Positions 28,788-37,822 of a DNA stretch of 37,822 nucleotides are shown one piece after another. The position numbers and the translations under genes were made by a program. The stretch is from positions 1-37,822 of the forward strand of contig JALRGK010000036.1 of assembly GCA_023253415.1 (NCBI GenBank), written 5' to 3'. Positions within the stretch are counted from its first letter, which is position 1. Every line of letters begins with the position of its first letter. The DNA comes from Rhodocyclaceae bacterium (GTDB lineage: Bacteria > Pseudomonadota > Gammaproteobacteria > Burkholderiales > Rhodocyclaceae). The notes under the pieces are model-generated. The model was not told where the DNA came from. It was given only the letters and a program-made list of their open reading frames with translations, and did no database searches.

Positions 28788-30251
28788 ATGAAGCTCGTTA
28801 TGCCTCAATCGATCAAGCAGTTCTTGCGTCTATCGCTCATCTGTCTGTCACTGCTCTCCGTGACGATGGTTCAGGCCCAGTCGCGTGGGTTACCTGATTT
28901 TGTCGATTTGGCTGAAAAACAGTCACCATCCGTCGTGAACATCAGTACCGTCCAGAACGGACGGGGTAAAGTCACCAACGGCTTCCCGGTGGATCCGACA
29001 GACCCCGCTTTTGAAATCTTCCGTCGATTTTTCCCACAGCCGCCAGGGGGTATGCAGCCTCAACAGCCAGAAAACCGGTCGCTTGGCTCGGGCTTTATTA
29101 TCAGCGCAGACGGTTATGTCATGACGAACGCCCACGTGATCGAGGGGGCTGACGAAGTGACCGTCAAGCTTCTCGATAAACGGGAGTTCCGCGCCAAGGT
29201 GATTGGTGCTGATAAACGTACAGACGTGGCGCTGCTCAAGATTGATGCCAATGGCCTACCTGCGGTCAGGCTGGGGGACTCGAACGCGCTGAAGGCGGGG
29301 GAGTGGGTCGTCGCCATTGGGAGTCCGTTTGGCTTCGAACATTCGGTGACCGCGGGTATTGTCAGTGCCAAGGGTCGTGCCTTACCCCAGGAGAATTACG
29401 TACCATTTATACAAACGGACGTTGCGATCAACCCGGGGAACTCGGGTGGTCCCTTATTCAATCTGCGCGGTGAGGTTGTGGGTATTAACTCGCAGATCTT
29501 CAGCCGGTCTGGTGGATTTATGGGCATTTCTTTTGCTATTCCCATCGACCAGGCGATGGATATCCAACAACAGTTGCGTACTCGGGGTCGGGTGAGCCAT
29601 GGCCGAATGGGCGTATCAATTCAGGAAGTAACGCGCGATGTGGCTGAAGCCTTTGGTTTGCCGAAGGCGAGTGGTGCGCTTGTTAACAGTGTGGAGCCCA
29701 ATGGACCCGCCGCCCGCGCCGGCATCGAGCCCGGTGATGTGATTTTGCGCTTTGATGGTAAACCGGTAACAACATCAAGTGATCTACCGCGGATGGTGGG
29801 CGCAATGAAGCCGGGGAGTAAGGCGCAGGCAGAGCTGTGGCGCAAAGGGCAGGTGCGTTCAGTGACCGTAACGATTGGCGAGTTCCAGGATGATAAGGTC
29901 GCGGTGAATAAGCCGCCGGCACGTGGTGTCGGCGAAGCCACGAATAGCCGCCTGGGTATTGCCGTTTCTGATTTAAGTAGTGAGCAGAAGCAGCAGATGC
30001 GCCTGAATGCCGGTATTCTGGTTGTGGACATTCGCCCGGGCAGCCGTATTGATCTCCGTCCCGGAGATGTGATTCTGGCGGTTACCTCGAAAGGGGATAC
30101 CCAGGACATCCGCACCGTCCAGCAGTTCAATCAGCTCATTAGCCAGCTAGATGGCCGCACGCCGGCGACGTTGCTGATCCGACGCTCGAATGTACAGATT
30201 TTTGTACCGATCCCGCAACAAAGCCAGCCTAATCAGTCCGGCTTACGTTAA
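28788..30251 (+). CDS. degP: Periplasmic Do/DegQ-family serine protease (DegP/MucD) with two PDZ domains
   Basis: Signal peptide; LPDF..L....PSVVNI; LGSGFIIS; TNAHV, TDVALLKI and INPGNSGGPL triad intact; PDZ domains. ATG 28788. Confidence 0.93.
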   Translation: MKLVMPQSIKQFLRLSLICLSLLSVTMVQAQSRGLPDFVDLAEKQSPSVVNISTVQNGRGKVTNGFPVDPTDPAFEIFRRFFPQPPGGMQPQQPENRSLGSGFIISADGYVMTNAHVIEGADEVTVKLLDKREFRAKVIGADKRTDVALLKIDANGLPAVRLGDSNALKAGEWVVAIGSPFGFEHSVTAGIVSAKGRALPQENYVPFIQTDVAINPGNSGGPLFNLRGEVVGINSQIFSRSGGFMGISFAIPIDQAMDIQQQLRTRGRVSHGRMGVSIQEVTRDVAEAFGLPKASGALVNSVEPNGPAARAGIEPGDVILRFDGKPVTTSSDLPRMVGAMKPGSKAQAELWRKGQVRSVTVTIGEFQDDKVAVNKPPARGVGEATNSRLGIAVSDLSSEQKQQMRLNAGILVVDIRPGSRIDLRPGDVILAVTSKGDTQDIRTVQQFNQLISQLDGRTPATLLIRRSNVQIFVPIPQQSQPNQSGLR

Positions 30252-30257
30252 AACACC

Positions 30258-30290
30258 GGCGGTGCCACCTGCCGTGCAAGTGGCACTGTC
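30258..30290 (+). other. Stem-loop at the 3' end of degP (no U tract)
   Basis: GTGCCAC-c-TGC-cgt-GCA-a-GTGGCAC core (30262-30286), extendable with G-U pairs. Confidence 0.5.
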
Positions 30291-30306
30291 CCGGACGCTG
30301 TTCCGG

Positions 30307-30312
30307 TAGAAT
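30307..30312 (+). promoter_or_regulatory. Candidate -10 box (TAGAAT) of the lepA operon
   Basis: GGTAGAATAG context identical to that upstream of acpP; about 75 nt before the lepA start. Confidence 0.5.
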
Positions 30313-30386
30313 AGCGGGTTGATCGAGTGCCTCATGGGCGCTCATAAAGCACTTGATGCCAGCCAAAGGCTGGAAAATGGAATTCC

Positions 30387-32180
30387 GTGAAGCACATACG
30401 CAACTTTTCGATCATCGCCCATATTGACCATGGTAAGTCCACGCTGGCGGATCGTTTGATTCAGCGGTGCGGTGGCTTGTCCGACCGTGAGATGGAAGCA
30501 CAGGTTCTGGACTCGATGGATATCGAAAAGGAACGTGGCATTACGATCAAGGCGCAAACTGCTGCGCTGGACTACAAGGCTAAAGATGGTCAAGTTTACC
30601 GTCTCAACCTGATTGATACGCCGGGGCACGTCGACTTTTCCTATGAAGTTTCTCGCTCCCTGTCCGCTTGTGAAGGGGCACTGCTGGTCGTAGACGCATC
30701 GCAAGGGGTCGAGGCGCAGACCGTAGCCAACTGCTATACGGCGCTTGATCTCGGTGTCGAAGTGGTGCCCGTTCTTAATAAAATCGATCTGCCGTCAGCC
30801 AGTCCGGAAAATGCGCGGGCAGAAATCGAAGATGTGATTGGTATTGACGCCACCGAAGCCGTTGAGGCCAGTGCGAAAACCGGTATCGGTATTGATGACA
30901 TTCTCGAGCAGATTGTTCAGAAGGTACCTGCCCCTAAAGGGGACCTCGACGCACCACTTAAAGCGCTGATCGTCGACTCGTGGTTCGATAACTACGTCGG
31001 CGTTGTGATGCTGGTACGCGTGATTGACGGCGTTCTTAAGCCGAAGGACCGCATGAAGCTGATGTCTTCCGGTTCCACGCACCTGTGTGAACAGGTGGGT
31101 ATCTTTACGCCAAAATCGAAGCAACAGCCGCAACTGTCAGCCGGTGAGGTCGGTTTCATCATTTCCAACATCAAGGAACTGAAGGCAGCGCGTGTTGGTG
31201 ACACCATTACGCTCGCTGATCGCCCTGCGACCGAAGCCCTTGAAGGCTTCAAGGAAATCAAACCCCAGGTATTTGCCGGTTTGTATCCGGTTGAACCGAA
31301 CGAATACGAACAGCTCCGTGATTCGCTGGAGAAACTGCAGCTGAACGATGCCGCACTGCAGTTCGAGCCGGAAGTCTCTCAAGCGCTCGGCTTCGGTTTC
31401 CGTTGCGGGTTCCTGGGCCTCCTACACATGGAAATTGTGCAGGAACGCCTCGAGCGCGAATTCGATATGGATCTCATCACCACGGCGCCGACCGTGGTCT
31501 ATGAGGTGCGTTTGCGCAACGGTGAGGAGATCATCGTCGAAAACCCGTCGCGCCTGCCGGACATCGGTAAGATCGAAGAGATTCGCGAACCGATCATTAC
31601 CGCCTTCATATTCCTGCCACAGGATTACGTGGGCCCGGTTATTACCTTGTGTAACCAGAAACGCGGCTCGCAGATCGATATGCGTTATCACGGCCGCCAG
31701 GTCCAGATGATCTATGAACTACCGCTGTCGGAAGTCGTCTTCGATTTCTTCGATAAGCTGAAATCGGTATCCCGTGGTTACGCATCGCTGGATTATGAGT
31801 TCAAGGAATATCGCACTGCCGATATGGTGAAATTGGACGTGCTGATCAACGGCGATAAGGTTGATGCACTATCACTCATCGTGCATCGTTCCAGCTCGGT
31901 TTTCCGGGGGCGAGAACTGGTGAGTAAAATGCGCGAACTGATTCCTCGCCAGATGTACGATGTGGCAATCCAGGCGGCGCTGGGTGCCCAGATCATCGCC
32001 CGTGAAACGGTCAAAGCCATGCGTAAAGACGTGCTGGCCAAGTGTTATGGTGGCGACATCTCGCGTAAGAAGAAGCTGCTCGAAAAGCAGAAGGCCGGTA
32101 AGAAACGCATGAAGCAGATCGGTACCGTCGAGGTCCCGCAAGAGGCCTTCCTGGCAGTGCTTCGCGTTGATGGCAAATAA
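30387..32180 (+). CDS. lepA: Elongation factor 4
   Basis: [59 protein letters not shown]; GTG start. Confidence 0.98.
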   Translation: MKHIRNFSIIAHIDHGKSTLADRLIQRCGGLSDREMEAQVLDSMDIEKERGITIKAQTAALDYKAKDGQVYRLNLIDTPGHVDFSYEVSRSLSACEGALLVVDASQGVEAQTVANCYTALDLGVEVVPVLNKIDLPSASPENARAEIEDVIGIDATEAVEASAKTGIGIDDILEQIVQKVPAPKGDLDAPLKALIVDSWFDNYVGVVMLVRVIDGVLKPKDRMKLMSSGSTHLCEQVGIFTPKSKQQPQLSAGEVGFIISNIKELKAARVGDTITLADRPATEALEGFKEIKPQVFAGLYPVEPNEYEQLRDSLEKLQLNDAALQFEPEVSQALGFGFRCGFLGLLHMEIVQERLEREFDMDLITTAPTVVYEVRLRNGEEIIVENPSRLPDIGKIEEIREPIITAFIFLPQDYVGPVITLCNQKRGSQIDMRYHGRQVQMIYELPLSEVVFDFFDKLKSVSRGYASLDYEFKEYRTADMVKLDVLINGDKVDALSLIVHRSSSVFRGRELVSKMRELIPRQMYDVAIQAALGAQIIARETVKAMRKDVLAKCYGGDISRKKKLLEKQKAGKKRMKQIGTVEVPQEAFLAVLRVDGK

Positions 32181-32221
32181 CCCGTGTTAGCTGCGCCTTA
32201 AAAATCTAACGGAATGATTGA

Positions 32222-33010
32222 ATGAATTTTGCGCTAATCCTCTTTCTGATCACCCTGGCCACTGGTATTTTATGGCTGATTGATGTGCTGTATGCCCGTA
32301 AATTGCGTGCGCCTGGCAGTAAGAACCCCATCTGGGTGGAGTGGGGCGCCAGCCTGTTTCCGGTGATTCTGGCCGTCTTTGCATTGCGCTCTTTTGTGGT
32401 TGAGCCCTTCAAGATCCCTTCGGGCTCCATGATTCCGACCCTGCAAGTAGGTGACTATATTCTGGTCAATAAATTTACCTATGGCCTGCGTCTGCCAATC
32501 GTTGGTACTGAAGTCGTGTCCGGTAAACCTGTTGAACGTGGCGATGTGGTGGTTTTTCGCTATCCACCGGAACCTAATGTCGATTACATTAAACGTGTGA
32601 TCGGTTTACCGGGTGATACGGTCAGCTATCAGAACAAGCAGTTGAGTATTAACGGCGTGCCTGTGCCCCGCAAGCAGGAGGCCGATTATTTGCATCCGGA
32701 CCGGATGTACTACTCCAAACAGTTCCAGGAAACACTGAACGGCGTGACGTACAACACCCTGAACGATGCCGATGCACCTGCCTTCGTCCCTGATGTCGCA
32801 CGCTTCCCTTACCGCGACCAGTGCCGCTATGACAGTAATGGCTTTGTCTGCAAAGTACCTGCCGGGCATTATTTCGCGATGGGTGACAACCGCGATAACA
32901 GCAAGGATAGCCGTGTATGGGGCTTTGTTCCGGATGCCAATATTGTAGGTAAGGCATTTTTTATCTGGTTCCATTGGGGTGATCTGGGTCGTATCGGCTC
33001 ATTTCACTGA
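32222..33010 (+). CDS. lepB: Signal peptidase I
   Basis: EPFKIPSGSMIPTL, DYIKRVIGLPGD, MGDNRDNSKDSR. Confidence 0.97.
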   Translation: MNFALILFLITLATGILWLIDVLYARKLRAPGSKNPIWVEWGASLFPVILAVFALRSFVVEPFKIPSGSMIPTLQVGDYILVNKFTYGLRLPIVGTEVVSGKPVERGDVVVFRYPPEPNVDYIKRVIGLPGDTVSYQNKQLSINGVPVPRKQEADYLHPDRMYYSKQFQETLNGVTYNTLNDADAPAFVPDVARFPYRDQCRYDSNGFVCKVPAGHYFAMGDNRDNSKDSRVWGFVPDANIVGKAFFIWFHWGDLGRIGSFH

Positions 33011-33013
33011 TAC

Positions 33014-33742
33014 ATGACGGCATCTGGATCTCGCGTCACTGCACAAAGCCTACTCAAAGCGCTTGAGTCGGCTATTGGCTACCATTTCCGTGATTCATCC
33101 CTGCTCGAACAGGCGCTAACACACCGTAGTTACGGCCGCGATCACTATGAACGCCTCGAGTTCCTGGGAGATGCCGTGCTCAACGCCGTTGTCGCTGAAG
33201 CTCTTTTTCGTCTTTTCCCTGATCTGCCGGAAGGTGACTTGTCCCGGTTGCGAGCCAATCTTGTTTGCCAGGATCAGCTGGTCTCTGTTGCCACCGAATT
33301 ATCAATGAGCCGTTATTTACGATTAGGTGAGGGGGAGCTTAAAAGCGGTGGCCAGCATCGGCCATCTATTCTGGCGGATACGGTAGAAGCCCTGTATGGT
33401 GCTGTCTGGCAGGACGCCGATTTTGAAACCGCGCGCCATGTTGTGCTCAAAAGCTTTGATCAGCGCCTGAAGGCTATTGATCTCCGGCACCTGCCTTCGG
33501 CAAAGGATGCTAAAACTCGTTTGCAGGAATGGCTCCAGGCCCGCCGCTCCCCTTTGCCCGTGTATAGTCCGCCAAAAATCAGCGGCGCGGCTCATGCCCA
33601 GTCTTTTGAAGTGATTTGCTGTGTTACGGACCGTCAGATCGAAACCCGGGGCATGGGGCCAACACGGCGAGCTGCCGAGCAGCAGGCTGCCGAATTAGCC
33701 TTAAGACAACTTGAAGCGGGCCCCCAGGACAAAACATCATGA
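33014..33742 (+). CDS. rnc: Ribonuclease III
   Basis: ALTHRS, ERLEFLGDAVL, ILADTVEAL, DAKTRLQE dsRBD. Confidence 0.97.
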   Translation: MTASGSRVTAQSLLKALESAIGYHFRDSSLLEQALTHRSYGRDHYERLEFLGDAVLNAVVAEALFRLFPDLPEGDLSRLRANLVCQDQLVSVATELSMSRYLRLGEGELKSGGQHRPSILADTVEALYGAVWQDADFETARHVVLKSFDQRLKAIDLRHLPSAKDAKTRLQEWLQARRSPLPVYSPPKISGAAHAQSFEVICCVTDRQIETRGMGPTRRAAEQQAAELALRQLEAGPQDKTS

Positions 33743-34650
33743 CGGATCATTACAGCGAAACACCGGGAACCCTTGAACCAGCCGGCCTGGTTGCTCTCGT
33801 TGGCCGCCCGAACGTGGGTAAATCCACATTGCTTAATCGATTGATCGGCGAAAAGCTCAGTATTACCTCACGTAAAGCACAGACGACCCGTCATCGCATC
33901 ATGGGTGTGCGGAGTGACGCGGATGCCCAGTACGTGTTCGTTGATACGCCAGGTTTCCAGACCAAGCACAGCTCGGCCCTGAATCGCACCATGAACCGCG
34001 GTGTGACGCAGGCTTTGCAAGAGGTCGACGTGATCTGTTTTGTCATTGAAGCAGGTCGCTTCAGTGAAGCCGACCGCAAAGTCGTTGCCCTGTTACCGGA
34101 AGATCGACCGGTGATTCTGGTTCTGAACAAGATCGATCAGCTCAAAGACAAAGCCGCCCTGTTGCCGTTTGTCGCCAAGCTGGCAGAAGTTCGCGATTGG
34201 GCGGCCGTGGTACCGGTGAGTGCAGAAAAGGGCACGCAGGCGGACGCGCTGCTCGGTGAAATCCGTCATGCCTTGCCGAAGCAGGGCTTTCTCTATGATC
34301 CGGAGACCCTGACCGATCGGAGTGAACGCTTCATCGCATCCGAATACATTCGCGAAAAACTCTTTCGCCTCCTGGGCGATGAGCTGCCATATGCCGCCAC
34401 GGTTGAAATCGAAAAATTTGAAGTTGAAGGTGATTTGCGTCGTGTTTTTGCGGCGATTGTGGTCGACCGAGAGTCTCATAAGCCCATCATTATCGGCAAG
34501 CATGGCGAAACCTTGAAACGTATTGCCTCCGAAGCGCGTCAGGATATGACTCGACTGTTTGGCGGTACCGTCTATCTGGAACTTTGGGTCAAAGTAAAGT
34601 CGGGCTGGGCGGATGATGAGCGCTTATTGCGCACGCTGGGCTACGAATAA
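33739..34650 (+). CDS. era: GTPase Era
   Basis: GRPNVGKSTL, QTTRH, DTPG, NKID, KH domain IIIGKHG. Confidence 0.97.
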   Translation: MTDHYSETPGTLEPAGLVALVGRPNVGKSTLLNRLIGEKLSITSRKAQTTRHRIMGVRSDADAQYVFVDTPGFQTKHSSALNRTMNRGVTQALQEVDVICFVIEAGRFSEADRKVVALLPEDRPVILVLNKIDQLKDKAALLPFVAKLAEVRDWAAVVPVSAEKGTQADALLGEIRHALPKQGFLYDPETLTDRSERFIASEYIREKLFRLLGDELPYAATVEIEKFEVEGDLRRVFAAIVVDRESHKPIIIGKHGETLKRIASEARQDMTRLFGGTVYLELWVKVKSGWADDERLLRTLGYE

Positions 34651-34672
34651 TTCGATCGGCTGAATCGGCAGC

Positions 34673-35404
34673 ATGCGGCCCGTCAAAGTCGAACGCCAAC
34701 CGGCCTTTGTGCTGCACACGCGTCCCTATCGAGAAACCAGCCTCGTCGTTGAAGCGATTACGCGTGATTATGGGCGTATGGCGTTAGTCGCCAAAGGCGT
34801 GCGTCGCCCACGTTCAGCAATGCGCGGTGTCCTGATGGCATTCCAGCCGCTGGAAATGACCTGGAGTGGTAAGGGTGAAGTCGTGACGCTCCACAATGCC
34901 GAATGGCAGGGCGGGCAACCTTTACTTGAGGGTAGGGCATTGCTGTGTGGCTATTATCTGAATGAATTGCTGATCAATCTGTTGCCACGTGAAGATGCAC
35001 ATGAACAGTTATTTGATCACTACAGCAAGACTCTGATGGCGCTGTCCACCGCTGAAGCCCCCGATGCTGCATTCTTTTCCGCCTGCTTACGTAGCTTTGA
35101 GAAACGCTTGCTTGGTGAGCTTGGGTATGGACTTATGCTGACGTATGACACAGCAGGGGGGGCGATTAAGCCACTGCATCGTTATTTATACGAAATGGAA
35201 TCCGGCCCGCGCATCGTAGCCGATTCTTCGGCTGTCGCCGGTACAATAAGCGGCAAAACATTGCTGGATATGGATGCTGAATCTTTTAGCGATCCAATCA
35301 GTCTTGCAGAAAGCAAACAGCTGATGCGAAGCCTGATGGCGTTTTACCTGAATGGGCGGCAGCTGCACAGCCGTCGTCTGTTTGAAGATCTGACCGACCT
35401 GTGA
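34673..35404 (+). CDS. recO: DNA repair protein RecO
   Basis: AFVLHTRPYRETS, YLNELL, LRSFEKRLLGELGYG; directly after era. Confidence 0.95.
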   Translation: MRPVKVERQPAFVLHTRPYRETSLVVEAITRDYGRMALVAKGVRRPRSAMRGVLMAFQPLEMTWSGKGEVVTLHNAEWQGGQPLLEGRALLCGYYLNELLINLLPREDAHEQLFDHYSKTLMALSTAEAPDAAFFSACLRSFEKRLLGELGYGLMLTYDTAGGAIKPLHRYLYEMESGPRIVADSSAVAGTISGKTLLDMDAESFSDPISLAESKQLMRSLMAFYLNGRQLHSRRLFEDLTDL

Positions 35405-35413
35405 CTTTTTATC

Positions 35414-36169
35414 ATGATTGAACTCGGCGTAAATATTGATCACGTAGCAACGCTCCGCCAGGCGCGACGTACCTATGAACCGGATCCGGTCTGGGCTGCC
35501 GTAGAAGCCCATATCGGTGGCGCAGACGGCATTACCGTTCATTTGCGCGAAGATCGTCGTCATATCCAGGATACGGATGTCCGTAAACTCAGAGATCTGA
35601 CACAGATCAAACTGAATCTGGAAATGGCGGCCACCGATGAAATGGTTGCCATTGCCTGTGACCTTAAACCCGAGATGGCCATGCTGGTACCGGAAGGTCG
35701 CCAGGAAGTCACCACCGAAGGCGGTCTTGATATCGTTGGTCAGGAAGCCCGCCTCGCCGCTATCGTGGCCAAACTGCGCGATGCAGGTATTGTGACAAGT
35801 ACGTTTATAGATGCTGAACCGGACCAGGTCGCGGCAGCTGCGCGTATTGGCGTTCAGGTGTGCGAAATTCACACAGGGCCCTACGCGCATGCCTTTCATG
35901 CGGCAGGACGTGATATCGAGCGTCCGGCCGTTCAGGCGGAACTGCAACGTGTTGCTGCTGCCGGCCAGCAGATTCGTACACTCGGTATGCGTTTTAATGC
36001 TGGCCATGCGCTGAACTATTACAACGTACAGCCGATTGCCGCTTTGCCCGGCATTCGTGAATTGCACATCGGTCACGCGATTGTGAGCCGCTCGGTCTTT
36101 GTGGGGCTGCGCGAAGCGGTCAGTGAAATGAAGCGACTGATGCGTGAAGCGGTCGGTCTGAATCGCTAA
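35414..36169 (+). CDS. pdxJ: Pyridoxine 5'-phosphate synthase
   Basis: [45 protein letters not shown]. Confidence 0.97.
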   Translation: MIELGVNIDHVATLRQARRTYEPDPVWAAVEAHIGGADGITVHLREDRRHIQDTDVRKLRDLTQIKLNLEMAATDEMVAIACDLKPEMAMLVPEGRQEVTTEGGLDIVGQEARLAAIVAKLRDAGIVTSTFIDAEPDQVAAAARIGVQVCEIHTGPYAHAFHAAGRDIERPAVQAELQRVAAAGQQIRTLGMRFNAGHALNYYNVQPIAALPGIRELHIGHAIVSRSVFVGLREAVSEMKRLMREAVGLNR

Positions 36170-36176
36170 AGCGACC

Positions 36177-36554
36177 ATGATCTACGGTATTGGCACCGAT
36201 ATCGTCTCTGTCGAGCGGATGGGACAATTGTTGGCGCGCCATCCCGAGCGCAGCCTGTCACACATGCTACATTCGCTGGAGCATTCTGAAGCCAGGGTGG
36301 CGCCTGCACAGGATCGTTTTGTTGCGAAACGTTTTGCCGCGAAGGAGGCCCTGGCCAAGGCATTGGGTACTGGTTTACGAGCGCCCGTGCTTCTGCCGTC
36401 GATTCGTGTTCAACACGATGATCTTGGAAAACCTTTTTTCAGTTTTGAACCCGAGCTGGCTGACTGGATTAGCCAGCGTTCCCTGCAAGTCCATCTCTCA
36501 ATTTCTGACGAGCTGGCTCATGCTGTTGCTTTTGTTGTTGTGGAGAAGCTATGA
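36177..36554 (+). CDS. acpS: Holo-ACP synthase
   Basis: IYGIGTDIV, KRFAAKEA..KALGTG, GKP, HLSISDE. Confidence 0.96.
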   Translation: MIYGIGTDIVSVERMGQLLARHPERSLSHMLHSLEHSEARVAPAQDRFVAKRFAAKEALAKALGTGLRAPVLLPSIRVQHDDLGKPFFSFEPELADWISQRSLQVHLSISDELAHAVAFVVVEKL

Positions 36555-37582
36555 ACACGAATGTTGCCTACGGCCCTTTGATGGTCGATGTTGAAGGTCT
36601 TACGCTGACGGCTGCAGATAAGCGCCGTTTGCTACATCCTTTGGTTGGTGGCGTGATTCTCTTTTCGCGCAACTACAAAGACCCGGTACAGCTATCGGCG
36701 CTGACGCAAGAGATTCACGATCTGCGTCAACCGCCATTGCCTATTACGGTTGACCATGAAGGGGGCAGGGTGCAGCGCTTCCGTGAAGGGTTCACGCGTC
36801 TACCAGCCATGCGTGTCCTGGGTGAACTGCATGCCAAGGATCCGGTTGCTGCCGATAACGCTGCCGAAGCAATTGGCTTCGTACTTGCTGCAGAGTTGCG
36901 TGCACATGGTGTCGACTTTTCGTTTACGCCTGTGCTCGACCTGGATTGGGGGCGTAGTGGTGTGATCGGTGATCGCAGCTTCAGTAAAGACCCACAAATC
37001 GTGTCGCGTCTCGCTGCAGCTTTGATCCGCGGCCTGAAGCAGGGTGGGATGGGCTCTTGCGGAAAGCACTTCCCGGGTCACGGTTGGGTAGAAGCAGATT
37101 CGCATGTGGCGATTCCCGTGGATGAGCGCAGCATGGCAGAAATCGAAACCGATATGCAACCCTATCATGAGCTGGCACTGGATGCCGTGATGCCGGCACA
37201 CGTGATTTATCCGGTTCTGGACGAACGTCCCGCGGGTTTCTCGCCTCGATGGCTGGAGAAGCTACGCCTCGAATGCCAGTTTGACGGCATTATCTTCAGT
37301 GACGATCTGTCGATGGAAGGTGCCAGCGTTGCCGGTAGCATTGTGGATCGTGCCAATGCTGCCTGGGATGCTGGCTGTGATGTACTTCTGGTCTGTAACA
37401 AGCCAGACTTCGTCGATCAGCTCCTGGCTGAATGGAAACCGGCAGCACAACCAAAGCGCTCGGCGCGTATTCCTAACCTCCTCGGTGGTACCGGTTTAGG
37501 TGCCGAGCATCCCCTCAGCAGGGCACAGCTGGATGCTCACCCTGTTTACCAGGCTGCGCTGAAGCTGATTCAGTCGCTCTGA
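36551..37582 (+). CDS. nagZ: Beta-N-acetylhexosaminidase NagZ (GH3)
   Basis: [27 protein letters not shown]...DSH, FSDDLSM. Confidence 0.96.
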   Translation: MNTNVAYGPLMVDVEGLTLTAADKRRLLHPLVGGVILFSRNYKDPVQLSALTQEIHDLRQPPLPITVDHEGGRVQRFREGFTRLPAMRVLGELHAKDPVAADNAAEAIGFVLAAELRAHGVDFSFTPVLDLDWGRSGVIGDRSFSKDPQIVSRLAAALIRGLKQGGMGSCGKHFPGHGWVEADSHVAIPVDERSMAEIETDMQPYHELALDAVMPAHVIYPVLDERPAGFSPRWLEKLRLECQFDGIIFSDDLSMEGASVAGSIVDRANAAWDAGCDVLLVCNKPDFVDQLLAEWKPAAQPKRSARIPNLLGGTGLGAEHPLSRAQLDAHPVYQAALKLIQSL

Positions 37583-37604
37583 TCTTTCGTTACAGTTAAG
37601 CACG

Positions 37605-37822
37605 ATGACTCACCCCCTGCAGGATCAGGTACGTACGCTGCCTGAACGGCCGGGGGTGTATCGTTTTCTCGCGGAAGACGGCCTGGTTCTGTATGTCGGT
37701 AAAGCTCGCAACCTCAAGAGCCGCGTTTCGTCCTACTTCGCAAAAAATCTGAGCAGTCCGCGCATTGCCCTGATGGTGAGCAAAGTTGCCAGCCTCATGG
37801 TGACGCCGACGCCGTCGGAATC
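37605..37822 (+). CDS. uvrC: Excinuclease ABC subunit C, 5' part (runs off the window)
   Basis: Translated by hand: [45 protein letters not shown]..., a GIY-YIG domain. Confidence 0.92.
   Translation, partial: MTHPLQDQVRTLPERPGVYRFLAEDGLVLYVGKARNLKSRVSSYFAKNLSSPRIALMVSKVASLMVTPTPSE

Noticed and set aside
35186-36178. 330-aa - strand ORF antisense to recO/pdxJ
   Set aside because: Antisense shadow of conserved genes; no domain signal.

Overview
Core-genome region of a betaproteobacterium. Gene order and protein sequences look Rhodocyclales-like; this is an inference and I ran no database search. The window is densely packed, with many 1-11 bp overlaps. Gene order: TauE/SafE-like gene (partial, -) | channel-like membrane protein, tadA, YkuD | ygfZ (-) | mltG-tmk-holB-tatD-ankyrin-Nuc-like PLD nuclease | tyrB/aspC (-) | uvrB | orphan lipoprotein (-) | LMW phosphatase | rne (-) | rluC-HAD | RsmI-like methyltransferase and yceF (-) | yceD-rpmF-plsX-fabH-fabD-fabG-acpP-fabF-ygfX | nadB (-) | rpoE-rseA(short)-rseC-degP | lepA-lepB-rnc-era-recO-pdxJ-acpS-nagZ-uvrC (partial). 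I saw no tRNA, rRNA, IS element, prophage or CRISPR array. The most unusual element is a remodelled sigma-E locus. RpoE has a diverged region 2 and is coupled to an 87-aa soluble anti-sigma domain with no transmembrane or periplasmic part. rseB is absent from the locus, while rseC and degP are kept. Other points of interest are a minimal K+-channel-like protein with a non-canonical filter (SGMG), a secreted ankyrin/Nuc pair, a YkuD protein with no signal peptide, an orphan glycine-zipper lipoprotein, and several clean gene absences that suggest streamlining.
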